Shown piece after piece: positions 46,602 to 55,950 of a stretch of 64,000 bases of DNA. Origin of the DNA: Nannocystis pusilla (GTDB lineage Bacteria > Myxococcota_A > Polyangia > Nannocystales > Nannocystaceae). Each line of letters starts with the position of its first letter. Positions within the stretch are counted from its first letter, which is position 1. Below the pieces are notes generated by a model, which saw nothing but the letters and a program-made list of their open reading frames with translations, made no database searches and was not told the origin of the DNA. A program made the translations under genes and the position numbers. Location of the stretch: positions 17,694 to 81,693 of the forward strand of contig NZ_JAIRAU010000002.1 in assembly GCF_020073745.1 (NCBI RefSeq), given 5' to 3'.

Positions 46602-48398
46602 CTACGGGGCGACGACCGGTTCGGCGCCGAGATCGCGGGCGAGGTCGGCGAGCTCGCCGATCGGGACCTGCAGCGCGGGCAGGCGGGTGATGTCGGCCCG
46701 CGCGGCCTGGGCGATCGACTCGCTGGCGCGCATGATGAGGCCGCCGTGGCCGTCGGCGACGACGGTGTAGCCGGCCCGGCGCAGGCGCGTGAGGCGGGCC
46801 TGGGCCTCCGGCGAGAGGTCGGTGGCGGACGGGCGCAGGGTGGGCACGCGGCCGGGCCAGACGGCAGCCAGGTAGGCGGTGATCCGCGGCGGGTAGAGGA
46901 CGCCGCCGGCTGTCTTTTCGTTCAGGTGGACGTCGACCAGGGCGGCGTAGCCGTGGACGTGGCAGCGGACGGCTCCGTGCAGGTGGCTGGTCCACATCGC
47001 CTCGGGGCTGACGGGGGCGGGCCACAGGCCGTCGAACCACGCGACGATGGCGTCGTAGCTGGGCAGGCGCTGGCCGCCGAGGGCCTCGCCGAGGCGCTGG
47101 ACCTCGGCGCCGAACCGCTCGCCGCGCTCCTCCCGGCGCAGGCGGAGGAGGACGGCGAGCAAGGCGATCGGGGCGGCGACGTACCACAGGCCGAACACGA
47201 CGAGGACGACGCAGACGACGGCGGTGAGCAGGAGGCCGGAGCCGCCGTCGCGGACCTGCTGCTGGCGCCGCTCGTCGGCGTGGCGGGCCAGGAGGGCCCG
47301 GCGGGCCACGGCGAGGGCGGTGGCGGGGATCCGGCCCTCGGGCTCGGGCCCGGCGGCGTCGGGCCGATCGGGGAGGAAGGAGCGGACGGCGGCGACGAGC
47401 TCGCTGGTCGTTCGGACAGGTGGACCGTCGGCCGGCTCGCGCACGGCGGCGACCAGCAGCGGCGCCTCGGCCAGCCCGCCGGGCGGGGCGGCCAGGCCTG
47501 CCGCCGACGAGGGGGTGCTCTGGCTGGCGCCGGCGCGGTTGTAGAGGATCGCCAGCAGCGAGGAGTTCGAGGGGCCGGCGCCGGGGATGGTGTCGCCGGC
47601 GCCGACGGGGCTGGTCGAAAGGACAGGTGAGTGCGGGGCCGGCAGCGGGCCGGACAGGGCCGCCGGGTCGAAGGCCGGCGCGAGGGGGACGTCGGAGAGC
47701 CTGTCTGCAGGGACATGTGGGATGTCCGCACGGACAGGTCGATCGAGGCTGGCCGCGGGGACAGGCGATGAGGGGCTGTCTGCAAGGACAGGTGAGCCGT
47801 CGGGCGGCGAGAGGTGGGCGAACACGCCGGCCGGGGCCGGCTCGGCGGCGAGGCCCTCGGCGACGAGGCCGGCAGCCAGCTCGGCCGCGAGCGAGCCGGG
47901 CTTGTGCCCGGGGACCGGCGGCCGGGCGGCGAGCTGGCCCGACAGGGTGGCGGGGCCGGGCCTGGCGGGCAGCGGGGCGCGCATGGTCTCGCCCGGCATC
48001 GGCTCGTAGCTGTCCTTGGGGGCAGGTCCCGCGGGGCCGGGGACGGGCGGCGCGGGGGCGGGGCCGATCGCCAGCAGGGTGGTGGGATGGACCGGCGCGC
48101 CGAGCAGTCTGGCCGAGGGCCCGGGCTGGCTGGGCGCGTAGGCGCGGGGCTGAGGCGGCGCGAGGTCGGCGGGCTCGGGGTCCGGCTCCGGGCTGACTGT
48201 TGGGACAGGTGCGCTGCGGACCAGATCGCTGACGGCCTGCTGGATGGCCCGCTCGTACAGGGCGAGCGCGTCGGCGACGGCCGCCGGCAGACCGTGATCC
48301 TGACCGCAGGCCGGGCAGGTGGCGGCACCGCGGATGTCGGCGAGCCCGAGCGCGTGCTGGCAATGCGGGCAGCGCAACGCGAGAGTCGGGGAGAGCAC
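46602..48398 (-). CDS. Hypothetical protein: N-terminal zinc ribbon, long Pro-rich linker, TM helix, C-terminal ~200-aa domain
   Basis: CPHCQ...CPACGQ zinc ribbon. Pro/Ala-rich low-complexity middle that carries several copies of the GGACAKGTG motif family at nucleotide level. TM LLLTAVVCVVLVVFGLWYVAAPIALLAVLL. Confidence 0.55.
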   Translation of the reverse strand: MLSPTLALRCPHCQHALGLADIRGAATCPACGQDHGLPAAVADALALYERAIQQAVSDLVRSAPVPTVSPEPDPEPADLAPPQPRAYAPSQPGPSARLLGAPVHPTTLLAIGPAPAPPVPGPAGPAPKDSYEPMPGETMRAPLPARPGPATLSGQLAARPPVPGHKPGSLAAELAAGLVAEGLAAEPAPAGVFAHLSPPDGSPVLADSPSSPVPAASLDRPVRADIPHVPADRLSDVPLAPAFDPAALSGPLPAPHSPVLSTSPVGAGDTIPGAGPSNSSLLAILYNRAGASQSTPSSAAGLAAPPGGLAEAPLLVAAVREPADGPPVRTTSELVAAVRSFLPDRPDAAGPEPEGRIPATALAVARRALLARHADERRQQQVRDGGSGLLLTAVVCVVLVVFGLWYVAAPIALLAVLLRLRREERGERFGAEVQRLGEALGGQRLPSYDAIVAWFDGLWPAPVSPEAMWTSHLHGAVRCHVHGYAALVDVHLNEKTAGGVLYPPRITAYLAAVWPGRVPTLRPSATDLSPEAQARLTRLRRAGYTVVADGHGGLIMRASESIAQAARADITRLPALQVPIGELADLARDLGAEPVVAP

Positions 48399-48539
48399 GT
48401 CGGGACGATACCTCAGAAAATCGGCCCCGGGCCGGACGTGGCGCGGGCGCGGGCGCGCAGGCCGGCGAGGCCCGCGATGGCGGGCGCGCGAGGTGAGGCG
48501 AGCGACCGCCGGCGCGGTCGCGAGTCGCAGCGGCGCAGA

Positions 48540-48900
48540 AGGTGACGCGAGTGACAGGTCGCGGCCGCAACATGGGGCCGAGGCGAGCGCGTGGCGGGGA
48601 GACCCGGGACGCGGAGGTGACGCGTGCGGGTGGCGGGCGCGAGGAGCCGAGACGAGCGCGTGGCGGGGAGACCGGGGCGCGGAGGTGACGCGTGCGGGTG
48701 GCGGGCGCGAGGGGCCGAGGCGAGCGCGTTCGCGGAGGTGACGCGTGCGGGTGGCGGGCGCGAGGGGCCGAGGCGAGCGCGTTCGCGGAGGTGACGCGTG
48801 CGGGTGGCGGGCGCGAGGGGCCGAGGCGAGCGCGTCACGGTGAGTCGGGAGGTCGGCCGTGCCGGCCGAGGCGAGCGCGTCGCGGTGAGACCGGGCGCTG
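48540..48900. repeat. Tandem direct repeat array: 53-68 bp unit GGAGGTGACGCGTGCGGGTGGCGGGCGCGAGGGGCCGAGGCGAGCGCGTTCGC, 4 full plus 2-3 partial copies
   Basis: Unit starts at ~48613, 48681, 48734 and 48787, with partial copies at ~48540-48611 and 48840-48900. It lies in the divergent intergenic region between 46602..48398 (-) and 49151..51859 (+). Confidence 0.85.
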
Positions 48901-49150
48901 GCAGGTCGTGCGGAGCCGTGCCGCGCGGACGCGGCGCGGGCTGGCCGGCGGAGGCGCGGAAGGGCCTGGAGGACGCGGGAGACGGCGGTCCGCGGCCCCG
49001 GCGAGGCCGGTCCCGGGTCGACGAGCCGCGGACGGCGGGCGATCGCCCGGACCTCGGCGGGGCGGCGCGGGTCGCGGGCGAGGATGCGCGCGGCGGCGAC
49101 TCGGGGTATGAGGGGGCGCCGCGCGCGACAGGCGGGCGGCGAGCAACACC

Positions 49151-51859
49151 GTGCCCGATCTGCCCGTCTCGCCTCCCTCGCCCCGCGGCCTCGACCTTCC
49201 GGGCGCCGCCTCCGAATTCGCGTCGCTCGTCGACGAGCGGCTGGCCAACGGCGCCCGCCTGCTGATCTTGCCGGCCCGCCCGGTCGGCGCCGGACCGGCG
49301 GCGATCCAGCTATGGGTGGGCTCGGGGACCGCGGCCGAGCGCCCGGACGAGCACGGGTGCGCCCACCTGCTCGAGCACATGCTCTTCAAGCCATGTGCTC
49401 TGGGACATGGCCCGAAGAGCATCCGCGCGCGCCTGGCGAAGGCCGGGGTGCGGCGGACCGAGCCGGCGCTCGACCTCGCGGGGGCGATCGAGGCGCTCGG
49501 CGGCGACATCAACGCGTTCACCAGCCACGACGAGACGGTGGTGCACGTGACGGCCCCGGCGGCGCGGGCGGCCGAGGCGGCGGCGCTGATCGCCGCGGCG
49601 ACGCTGCACCCGACGCTCGACCCGACCACGCTGGCGCAGGAGCGCGAGGTGGTGATCGAGGAGATCAAGCAGTACGACGACGACCCGGGCCAGCGGGTGA
49701 CGCAGGCGGCGCTCGGGCGGGTGTACGGGGGGCACGCGTACGCGCGGCCGGTGCTCGGGCTCGAGGCCGAGGTCGCCGGCCACACGGCGGCGCGGCTGCG
49801 GGCGTATCACCGCCGGGCCTACGCGGGCGAGCGGCTGACGCTGGTGGCCGTCGGCGCGGTCGACGTGGCGGCGCTGCGCAAGGTGGCGCGGGCGACCGTC
49901 GGGGCGCTGCCGGCCGCGCCGGCCCGGCGGCCGACGGGCGAGCCGGCGCCGCGGCCCGGGGTGACGGTGAAGCGCGCCGAGGTCCAGGAGGCCTATGTGC
50001 TGCTGGCCTGGCCGGCGCCCGCGGCCGGGGCGGCCGACGCGGCGGCGATCGACGCGGCGGCGGTGGTGCTCGGCAACGGCGAGTCGTCGCGCCTGGTCGC
50101 CGAGACACGGCGCAAAGAACAGGTCGTTTCGGACATCCAGGCCCACTGCGACACGCTGCGGCTCGGCGGGTCGGTGCTGGTGTCGGCGCGCACGACCGCG
50201 GCCCAGGCGGCCGCGGCGGTGACGGCGGTGCTGGCCCAGGTGCGGCGGCTGGCGGCGGCGCCGGTGTCGCCCGAGGAGCTGGCGCGGGCCAAGGCGATCC
50301 TCGAGAGCGACCTGGTGTACCGGCGCGAGACGGTGCAGGGGCAGGCGCACGCGCTCGGGGCGTGCGCGACGATCTTCGGCGACCTGGCGCGCGAGCGCGA
50401 GTACTACGCGGCCCTGGCCGCGCTGACGCCGGAGGCGGTCCGCTCGGCCTGCGCCCGCTGGCTCGACCCGGCGCGCGCGTGCGTCAGCCTCGAGCTGCCG
50501 CGCGCCGAGGTGGATGTCGCCAAGGCCAGGTCGGTCAAGTCCGCGGTCGACGCGGCGCTGAAGCCGGCGGAGGGGCCGCGGCGCGACGGTCCGGCGCCGA
50601 AGCGCGCGCCCGACGGGATCGACACGCTGACGCTGCCGAACGGGCTGCGGCTGCTGGCGCGGGTCGAGCGGGCGGTGCCGGTGGCGGCGGGCTGGCTGAT
50701 CTGGCCCGGGGGACAGCGGCGCGAGCCGGCGGCGCTGGCCGGCTCGAACTCGGTGGCCGCGGCCCTGCTCACCCGCGGCAACGCGCGCATGGACGGCGAG
50801 GCGCTGAGCCGGGCGATCGACGGCATGGCGGCGGGGCTCGACGGGTTCGCCGGCCGCAACAGCCTCGGGCTGCACTTCGAGTGCCTGGCGCGCCACTTCC
50901 CGGCGGTGCTCGGGCACGCGCTCGACTGCACGATCACGCCGACGTTCGCGGCCGACGAGCTCGAGGAGGAGCGGCGCGTGGCCCTGCAGGATCTGGCGGC
51001 GGAGGTCGACGACCCGGGCCAGGTGGCGTCCCGCGGGCTGCACAAGCTCCTGTACGGCGAGCACCCGTTCAGCCGCCCGGTCCGCGGCACTCCCGAGGGG
51101 CTGCGCGCGCTGACGCCGGCCAAGTTGAAGGCGCTGTGGCGGCGCGACTACCCGATCGGCCAGGCGGTGCTGGCGCTGGCCGGCGACGTCGACGTCGCGG
51201 CGGCGGCGGCCCAGGTCGAGGCGGCGCTGCGCGAGGCTGGCCTCTGGGACAGGATGTCCGAAAGGCCAGGCAAGGCGAAGCCGGTGCAGGCGCCGCGAGG
51301 GCCGCGCGAGCGCGAGATCTTCCAGGACCGCGAGCAGGCCCACATCGCCCTCGGCTGGCCGGGGATCGCCGTCGGCGACGAGCGCGAGCCGACGCTCGAC
51401 GTGCTCAGCGCGGTGCTCGGCGGCCAGACGGGGCGGCTGTTCACGGCGCTGCGCGAGGTCCAGGGGCTGGTGTACGAGGTGTCGATGTCGAGCGTCGAGG
51501 GCGTCGACGCCGGTCACGTGGCGATCCACGCGTCGACCAGCCAGGACAAGCTGCCGAAGGCGCTGGCCGCGATCGCGGCGGAGGTCGAGCGCGCGGTGCG
51601 AGAGCCGCCGTCGCCGGCCGAGGTGGCGCGCGCGCAGGCGTGGCTGGTCGGCCAGTTCGAGCTCGGGCAGCAGCGCCGCAGCCGGATGGCGTCGCTGCTG
51701 GCGCTGTCGGAGGTGTACGGGCTGCCGCGGGCGCGCGCGTTCGCCTACCCGCAGCGGGTCCGGGCGGTCACGCCGGAGGGGGTGTGGGCGCTGGCCCGCA
51801 CGCTGTTCCGCCCGCAGGTCGCGGCGCGCTGCGTGGTGCGGGCGAAGCGGCGCAAGTGA
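49151..51859 (+). CDS. M16 family zinc peptidase (pitrilysin/insulinase-like), two tandem M16 units
   Basis: Inverted zinc motif HLLEHM (HxxEH). Downstream GGDINAFTS...ETV. 902 aa is consistent with two M16 halves. An ~18-aa insertion (PCALGHGPKSIRARLAKA) sits right after HMLFK relative to the usual HFLEHMxFKGT...NAFTS spacing. Confidence 0.8.
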   Translation: MPDLPVSPPSPRGLDLPGAASEFASLVDERLANGARLLILPARPVGAGPAAIQLWVGSGTAAERPDEHGCAHLLEHMLFKPCALGHGPKSIRARLAKAGVRRTEPALDLAGAIEALGGDINAFTSHDETVVHVTAPAARAAEAAALIAAATLHPTLDPTTLAQEREVVIEEIKQYDDDPGQRVTQAALGRVYGGHAYARPVLGLEAEVAGHTAARLRAYHRRAYAGERLTLVAVGAVDVAALRKVARATVGALPAAPARRPTGEPAPRPGVTVKRAEVQEAYVLLAWPAPAAGAADAAAIDAAAVVLGNGESSRLVAETRRKEQVVSDIQAHCDTLRLGGSVLVSARTTAAQAAAAVTAVLAQVRRLAAAPVSPEELARAKAILESDLVYRRETVQGQAHALGACATIFGDLAREREYYAALAALTPEAVRSACARWLDPARACVSLELPRAEVDVAKARSVKSAVDAALKPAEGPRRDGPAPKRAPDGIDTLTLPNGLRLLARVERAVPVAAGWLIWPGGQRREPAALAGSNSVAAALLTRGNARMDGEALSRAIDGMAAGLDGFAGRNSLGLHFECLARHFPAVLGHALDCTITPTFAADELEEERRVALQDLAAEVDDPGQVASRGLHKLLYGEHPFSRPVRGTPEGLRALTPAKLKALWRRDYPIGQAVLALAGDVDVAAAAAQVEAALREAGLWDRMSERPGKAKPVQAPRGPREREIFQDREQAHIALGWPGIAVGDEREPTLDVLSAVLGGQTGRLFTALREVQGLVYEVSMSSVEGVDAGHVAIHASTSQDKLPKALAAIAAEVERAVREPPSPAEVARAQAWLVGQFELGQQRRSRMASLLALSEVYGLPRARAFAYPQRVRAVTPEGVWALARTLFRPQVAARCVVRAKRRK

Positions 51860-51904
51860 GCGCGGGCGCCGGCGCGCGGCGCTTCGCGTGGGCGAGAGTG
51901 CGTG

Positions 51905-52072
51905 TGTCCGAAAGGATATGCTCTTTCGGGCATGTGCTCTTCTATGTGTACAGGAAGACATGTCTGCGGAGACATGTCTTGTTCACCTCGCGCGCTCGGA
52001 GGCGCGGCCCCACGGTCGCCATCGCAGGGGACGTGATGAAAAGGACATGTTTTAAGAGGCATGTCTTCGGGG
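51905..52072. repeat. Intergenic cluster of 14-nt-periodic CATG-core decamer repeats (lower-GC island)
   Basis: ccgaaaggATATGCTCTttcgGGCATGTGCtctt...AGACATGTCTgcggAGACATGTCT...GGACATGTTTtaagAGGCATGTCT. Each decamer pair is separated by 4 nt. Confidence 0.8.
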
Positions 52073-52999
52073 CTAGCTGCGAGCGCGCCGCGCGGTGGCC
52101 CGGGCGGAGCCGCGCCCGACGTGCGCGCCGAGGCCGGCCCACAGCGCGTCGAAGACGGTCCGGCAGCGCCGTGAGGCCTTGAGATCTTCGTGCATGGCGA
52201 GCCACATCTCGACCTTCGGCGCGAACTCGCCGGCGAGCACGCGCACAAGCCCGGCGCGGCGGGCCAGCGAGACGTGGCAGGCACCGATCCCGCACCCGGC
52301 CCGGATCGCCGCGAACTGGGCGACGTCGTCGTCGGTGCGGAAGCTGAAGGCGTCGCGCGTGAGCGGCCGGCCGCCGAGGCGCAGGGTGCCGGTGTACGGG
52401 GCGGGCACGTCGAAGCCGACCAGGGCGTGCCGGGCCAGGGCCGCGGGAGTGGTCGGGGCCGGCCGGCGCGCGAGGTAGCCGGGCGCGGCGAACAGGCCGA
52501 GCTCGAAGGCGCCGACGCGTTTGGCCAGCAGCGCGCCCTGGCTCGGGCGAACCGTCCGCACGGCGATGTCGGCGTCGCGCCGCACGAGGTCGGCGATCCG
52601 GTTCGACACCACCAGCTCGACGACGATGCCGGGGTGCTCGGCCTGGAGGGCGGCGAGGACCGGCGGTAAGACCTCGGCGGCGACGATCTCGCTGGCGGTG
52701 ATCCGCACGGCGCCGACGTTCTCGGCCAGCGGGCCCGAGGCCTTGCGCAGCAGCGAGTCGGTGGCGGCGACCAGGGCCTCGACCTCGGGGCGCAGCGCCT
52801 CGGCGGCGGGCGTGGGCGCGAGCCCGCCGCGCGAGCGGGTGAACAGGGGCAGCCCGAGCGCCGCCTCGAGCGCGGCGACGTGACGGCCGAGCGTGGGCTG
52901 GCTGAGTCCGAGCCGACGCGCGGCCGCCGACAGCGAACCCTCGCGCAGGACCGCGGCGAACGCCCGGTACAGCGACCAGTCCGGCGGAGCGAGAGACAT
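52073..52999 (-). CDS. LysR family transcriptional regulator
   Basis: N-terminal wHTH (LYRAFAAVLREGSLSAAARRLGLSQPTLGRHVAALE) and a LysR substrate-binding domain. Divergent from the epoxide hydrolase gene. Confidence 0.85.
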   Translation of the reverse strand: MSLAPPDWSLYRAFAAVLREGSLSAAARRLGLSQPTLGRHVAALEAALGLPLFTRSRGGLAPTPAAEALRPEVEALVAATDSLLRKASGPLAENVGAVRITASEIVAAEVLPPVLAALQAEHPGIVVELVVSNRIADLVRRDADIAVRTVRPSQGALLAKRVGAFELGLFAAPGYLARRPAPTTPAALARHALVGFDVPAPYTGTLRLGGRPLTRDAFSFRTDDDVAQFAAIRAGCGIGACHVSLARRAGLVRVLAGEFAPKVEMWLAMHEDLKASRRCRTVFDALWAGLGAHVGRGSARATARRARS

Positions 53000-53081
53000 T
53001 CAAGGATGAATAGACGTTCCCCACTTTTATGCAATTCCAAACGGATGGCCGGACCGGCAGGTTCGCGGGCGGAGACCGAAC

Positions 53082-54194
53082 ATGCAGACCATCGACGTCC
53101 AGCCCTTCACCGTCGCGGTGCCCGAGGCCGCGCTCACCGACCTGCGGCGCCGCCTGGCCCAGACCCGCTTCACCGACGCGCTCGCCGACGCCGGGCCCGA
53201 CTGGGGCGTCGAGCCGGCGGCGCTGCGGGCCCTGGTGGCCCACTGGCAGCGCTTCGACTGGCGCGCCGCCGAGGCGGCGATCAACGCGTTCCCGGCGTTC
53301 CGCGCGCAGATCGGCGGGATCGGGCTGCACTTCGTGCACGCGCGCGGACGGGCGCCTCGGCGGCTGCCGCTCGTGCTCACCAACGGCTGGCCGAGCTGCT
53401 TCACCGAGCTGCTGCCGCTGGTGCCGCTGCTGACCGAGCCGGTCGACGGGGTCGGGTTCGACGTGGTGATCCCGTCGCTGCCCGGATACGGCTTTTCGGA
53501 CAGGCCGAGCCGGAGCGGCATGAACATCACCCGGATCGCGGCGCTGTGGGCCGAGCTGATGGCCGAGCTCGGCTACCCGCGGTTCTTCGCCCACGGCAGC
53601 GACATGGGCGCGGGCGTGGTCGAGCGACTGCGGGCCGACCACCCCGAGCGCGTGCTCGGCATCCACATGGTCAACGTGTTCTGGGGCTATCCGCGGCCGC
53701 CGGCGCCGACGCCCGCGGAGGCGGCGTACCTCGAGCGCGGGCCGCAGTGGCAGCAGCGCGAGGGCGCCTACGCGGCGCTCCACGCGACCCGGCCGCACAC
53801 GATCGCGGCCGGCCTCAACGACTCGCCGGCCGGCCTGGCGGCGTGGATCGGCGAGAAATTCGCGGCGTGGAGCGAGCGGCCGCCGTCGCTCGACGCGCTG
53901 TGCACGATCTTGACGATCTACTGGGTGACCGAGACGATCGCGTCGTCGCAGCGGCTGTACCGCGAGACATTCGCCGACGCGGGCGCGATGGCCCCGCCGC
54001 CCCGGCGCGGGCCGCCCGTGGCGGTGGCGATCTTCCCCGGCGACATCCTGCCGGCCCCGCGCGCGTGGGGCGAGCGGTGGTTCGAGCTCGCGCGTTGGAC
54101 GGAGATGCCGCGCGGCGGCCACTTCCCCGGCCTGGAGGCGCCCGAGCTGCTGGCGGCGGACATCCGCGCGTTCGCGGCGGGGCTCGTGGCGTGA
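53082..54194 (+). CDS. Epoxide hydrolase (alpha/beta-hydrolase with N-terminal EHN domain)
   Basis: Epoxide-hydrolase N-terminal-domain-like start (FTVAVPEAALTDLRRRLAQTRF), GIGLHFVHARG and alpha/beta-hydrolase features. Confidence 0.7.
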   Translation: MQTIDVQPFTVAVPEAALTDLRRRLAQTRFTDALADAGPDWGVEPAALRALVAHWQRFDWRAAEAAINAFPAFRAQIGGIGLHFVHARGRAPRRLPLVLTNGWPSCFTELLPLVPLLTEPVDGVGFDVVIPSLPGYGFSDRPSRSGMNITRIAALWAELMAELGYPRFFAHGSDMGAGVVERLRADHPERVLGIHMVNVFWGYPRPPAPTPAEAAYLERGPQWQQREGAYAALHATRPHTIAAGLNDSPAGLAAWIGEKFAAWSERPPSLDALCTILTIYWVTETIASSQRLYRETFADAGAMAPPPRRGPPVAVAIFPGDILPAPRAWGERWFELARWTEMPRGGHFPGLEAPELLAADIRAFAAGLVA

Positions 54195-54200
54195 CGGGCG

Positions 54201-54520
54201 ATGGCTGGACTTGAGGGCATGTTCGTGAGGGCATGTCCTCCCGGCCATGAGCGCGCGGCGACGGGCGCGCGGCCGCGGAGACATGTCCATGAGCGTATGT
54301 CCTCGGGTTCACGCGCGTGCGAACCGGCGCTCCTCGCCGACCGGCGGCGATTCGCTCGTCGGGGCAGCAGGAACGACGCGGCGGCGCGAGCGAGGCGGCC
54401 CTCGCTCGGGCGCTTCATGGCAGTCTCGTCGGAATAGCGACAGCTACCGGAGCCGCTCGAGTGGAGCGGTCCAGTCATGCCCCGGCGCGCGAGGCGGGTT
54501 GTCCTTGAGGGCATGTCCTC
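54201..54520. repeat. Intergenic cluster of 14-nt-periodic CATG-core decamer repeats
   Basis: GGGCATGTTCgtgaGGGCATGTCC (54218-54241), AGACATGTCCatgaGCGTATGTCC (54279-54302), GTTGTCCTTGAGGGCATGTCC (54495-54515). Confidence 0.75.
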
Positions 54521-54734
54521 AGGGCCAGTCGTCGAGATCGAGGCCGCGGCCGAGCTCCGGGTCGGCCGCGAGCAGGTCCCGCAGGGTGGCCTCGCGCAGG
54601 CCGAGGGCGCGCGCGCCGGCGCTCACGCTGGCCTGGGCCGTCAGGACGGCCCGGACCTCGCGGCGGAAGGCGGCGGGATCCGTGCGGCGCAGGGCCAGCA
54701 GCAGCGGCTCGCGGGGCTCGGCGGGGAGGGTCAC
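54519..54734 (-). CDS. Small Fis-type HTH protein (71 aa)
   Basis: SVSAGARALGLREATLRDLL resembles the Fis/NtrC C-terminal HTH. GTG start, no clear RBS. Confidence 0.35.
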   Translation of the reverse strand: MTLPAEPREPLLLALRRTDPAAFRREVRAVLTAQASVSAGARALGLREATLRDLLAADPELGRGLDLDDWP

Positions 54735-54772
54735 GCGCGGACTGTAGCGCGCTTGTCGCCGGCGGGGCGGTC

Positions 54773-55381
54773 GTGCTTCAGTCGCCCGGGATGACGAGGC
54801 GACGGACAGGCGCGTGGTCGTTCGTGGGGCTGATGTTGCTGGGGTGCGACCCGGCCGGGCGCGAGCGGGCGGCGCTGCAGGCCGAGCTGGAGGCGATGTC
54901 GGCGCTGCTCGCGGAGCACCGGGCGCAGATCGAGGCGCTGCAGGCCGATCTGGTGCAGCAGCAGCTCGCGCTGCAGGAGTGCCGACGGCCGAGCGCGCCG
55001 AATTTGCCGGCGCTGCCGGCGAGCGGGCCGGACGCGCCGGCGCTGACGCCGACGTGCGACGCCGGGGTTTGCGTGGTGAAGCGCGCCGAGTTCGAGGCGC
55101 TGATGGAGGCGCCGGCGGTGCTGGCCCGGCTCGCTCGCGTGATCCCGTCGACGCGAGAGGGGAAGGTCGTGGGGTACAAGCTGTACTCCGTCCGGCCGGG
55201 CACGCCGCTGGAGCTCGCCGGCTTCAAGAACGGCGATCTGATCCAGACCATCGACGGTGAGGCGCTCGGCGGCGCCGACGAGGTGTTGGGGCTGTTCGTC
55301 AAGCTGCGCCGGCTCGACCGCTGGACGATCGCGGGGCTGCGCAAGGACGCGCCGTTCGAGCTGACGATCGCGGTCGAGTGA
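54773..55381 (+). CDS. Lipoprotein with coiled-coil and a C-terminal PDZ-like domain
   Basis: Lipobox LLGC. EALQADLVQQQLALQ coiled-coil. C-terminal GYKLYSVRPGTPLELAGFKNGDLIQTIDGEAL is PDZ-like. Confidence 0.55.
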   Translation: MLQSPGMTRRRTGAWSFVGLMLLGCDPAGRERAALQAELEAMSALLAEHRAQIEALQADLVQQQLALQECRRPSAPNLPALPASGPDAPALTPTCDAGVCVVKRAEFEALMEAPAVLARLARVIPSTREGKVVGYKLYSVRPGTPLELAGFKNGDLIQTIDGEALGGADEVLGLFVKLRRLDRWTIAGLRKDAPFELTIAVE

Positions 55382-55420
55382 GCGCGAACGGGGGCCTGCC
55401 CGGCCCGGATTCGGATGGCT

Positions 55421-55800
55421 GAAAGGACATGTCGTCGGCGCCAGCCGCGAGCGACGACATGCCCGAAAGGACACGTTCGCTCCGCGGCTCGCCGAGCGCG
55501 CCGTCGCCCTGAGCGACAGCGACCCGATGGGAAGCGCGCTCTCGGTGCTCGACGCCGACTCGCCGGCGTCGACGCGGGTCGGTCGGGGCGGGGCCGTGAG
55601 GTCGCGGCCTGCGGGGGGCCGGGGGCGACGCTCGTAGGACACGGCCCCCCGCAGGGCGGGTCCGTGGAGGCGTTTGTGCATGTTCGAGTGGACATGTCTC
55701 AAGGGACATTTGCGAACGACGGACCCGAGGGGGCGGAGCTGCCCGTGGACATGTGTCCGCATGGACATGTCGTTCGCGCCAGCTCCGGTCGAGTGTCCGC
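55421..55800. repeat. Intergenic cluster of the same repeat family in a convergent region
   Basis: tgaaaGGACATGTCG...CGACATGCCCgaaaGGACACGTTC (55421-55475). TGGACATGTCtcaaGGGACATTTG and GTGGACATGTGTCCGCATGGACATGTCG (55690-55790). Confidence 0.75.
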
Positions 55801-55950
55801 GGGCGCGGGATCTCGCGTCGATCGCCGTCGCGGTCTCGAACGACATTCAGTAACTGGGCGGAGCGCGGAGCGGGTCCGCGCTGTTGACCGGGGTTCAAGC
55901 GCGGCGCGTCGCGGTGTGGCGCGGGCCACACGGATCTGCACCGTGTCGGA

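Noticed and set aside
46216-48573. 785-aa minus-strand ORF in an alternative frame to 46602..48398
   Set aside because: Its Arg/Pro-rich translation has no start-proximal structure. The 598-aa frame has a zinc ribbon, a TM helix and a coherent C-terminal domain.
48540-48900. Possible CRISPR array
   Set aside because: The repeats are contiguous with no unique spacers, the unit is 53-68 bp and GC-rich, and there are no cas genes in the window. It is called a tandem repeat instead.
55382-55950. ORFs 55415..56032 (+) and 55699..55941 (-) in the convergent intergenic region
   Set aside because: They are Arg/Cys-rich translations produced by the CATG-decamer repeats (recurrent CPxGHV/DMS tripeptides), not genes.
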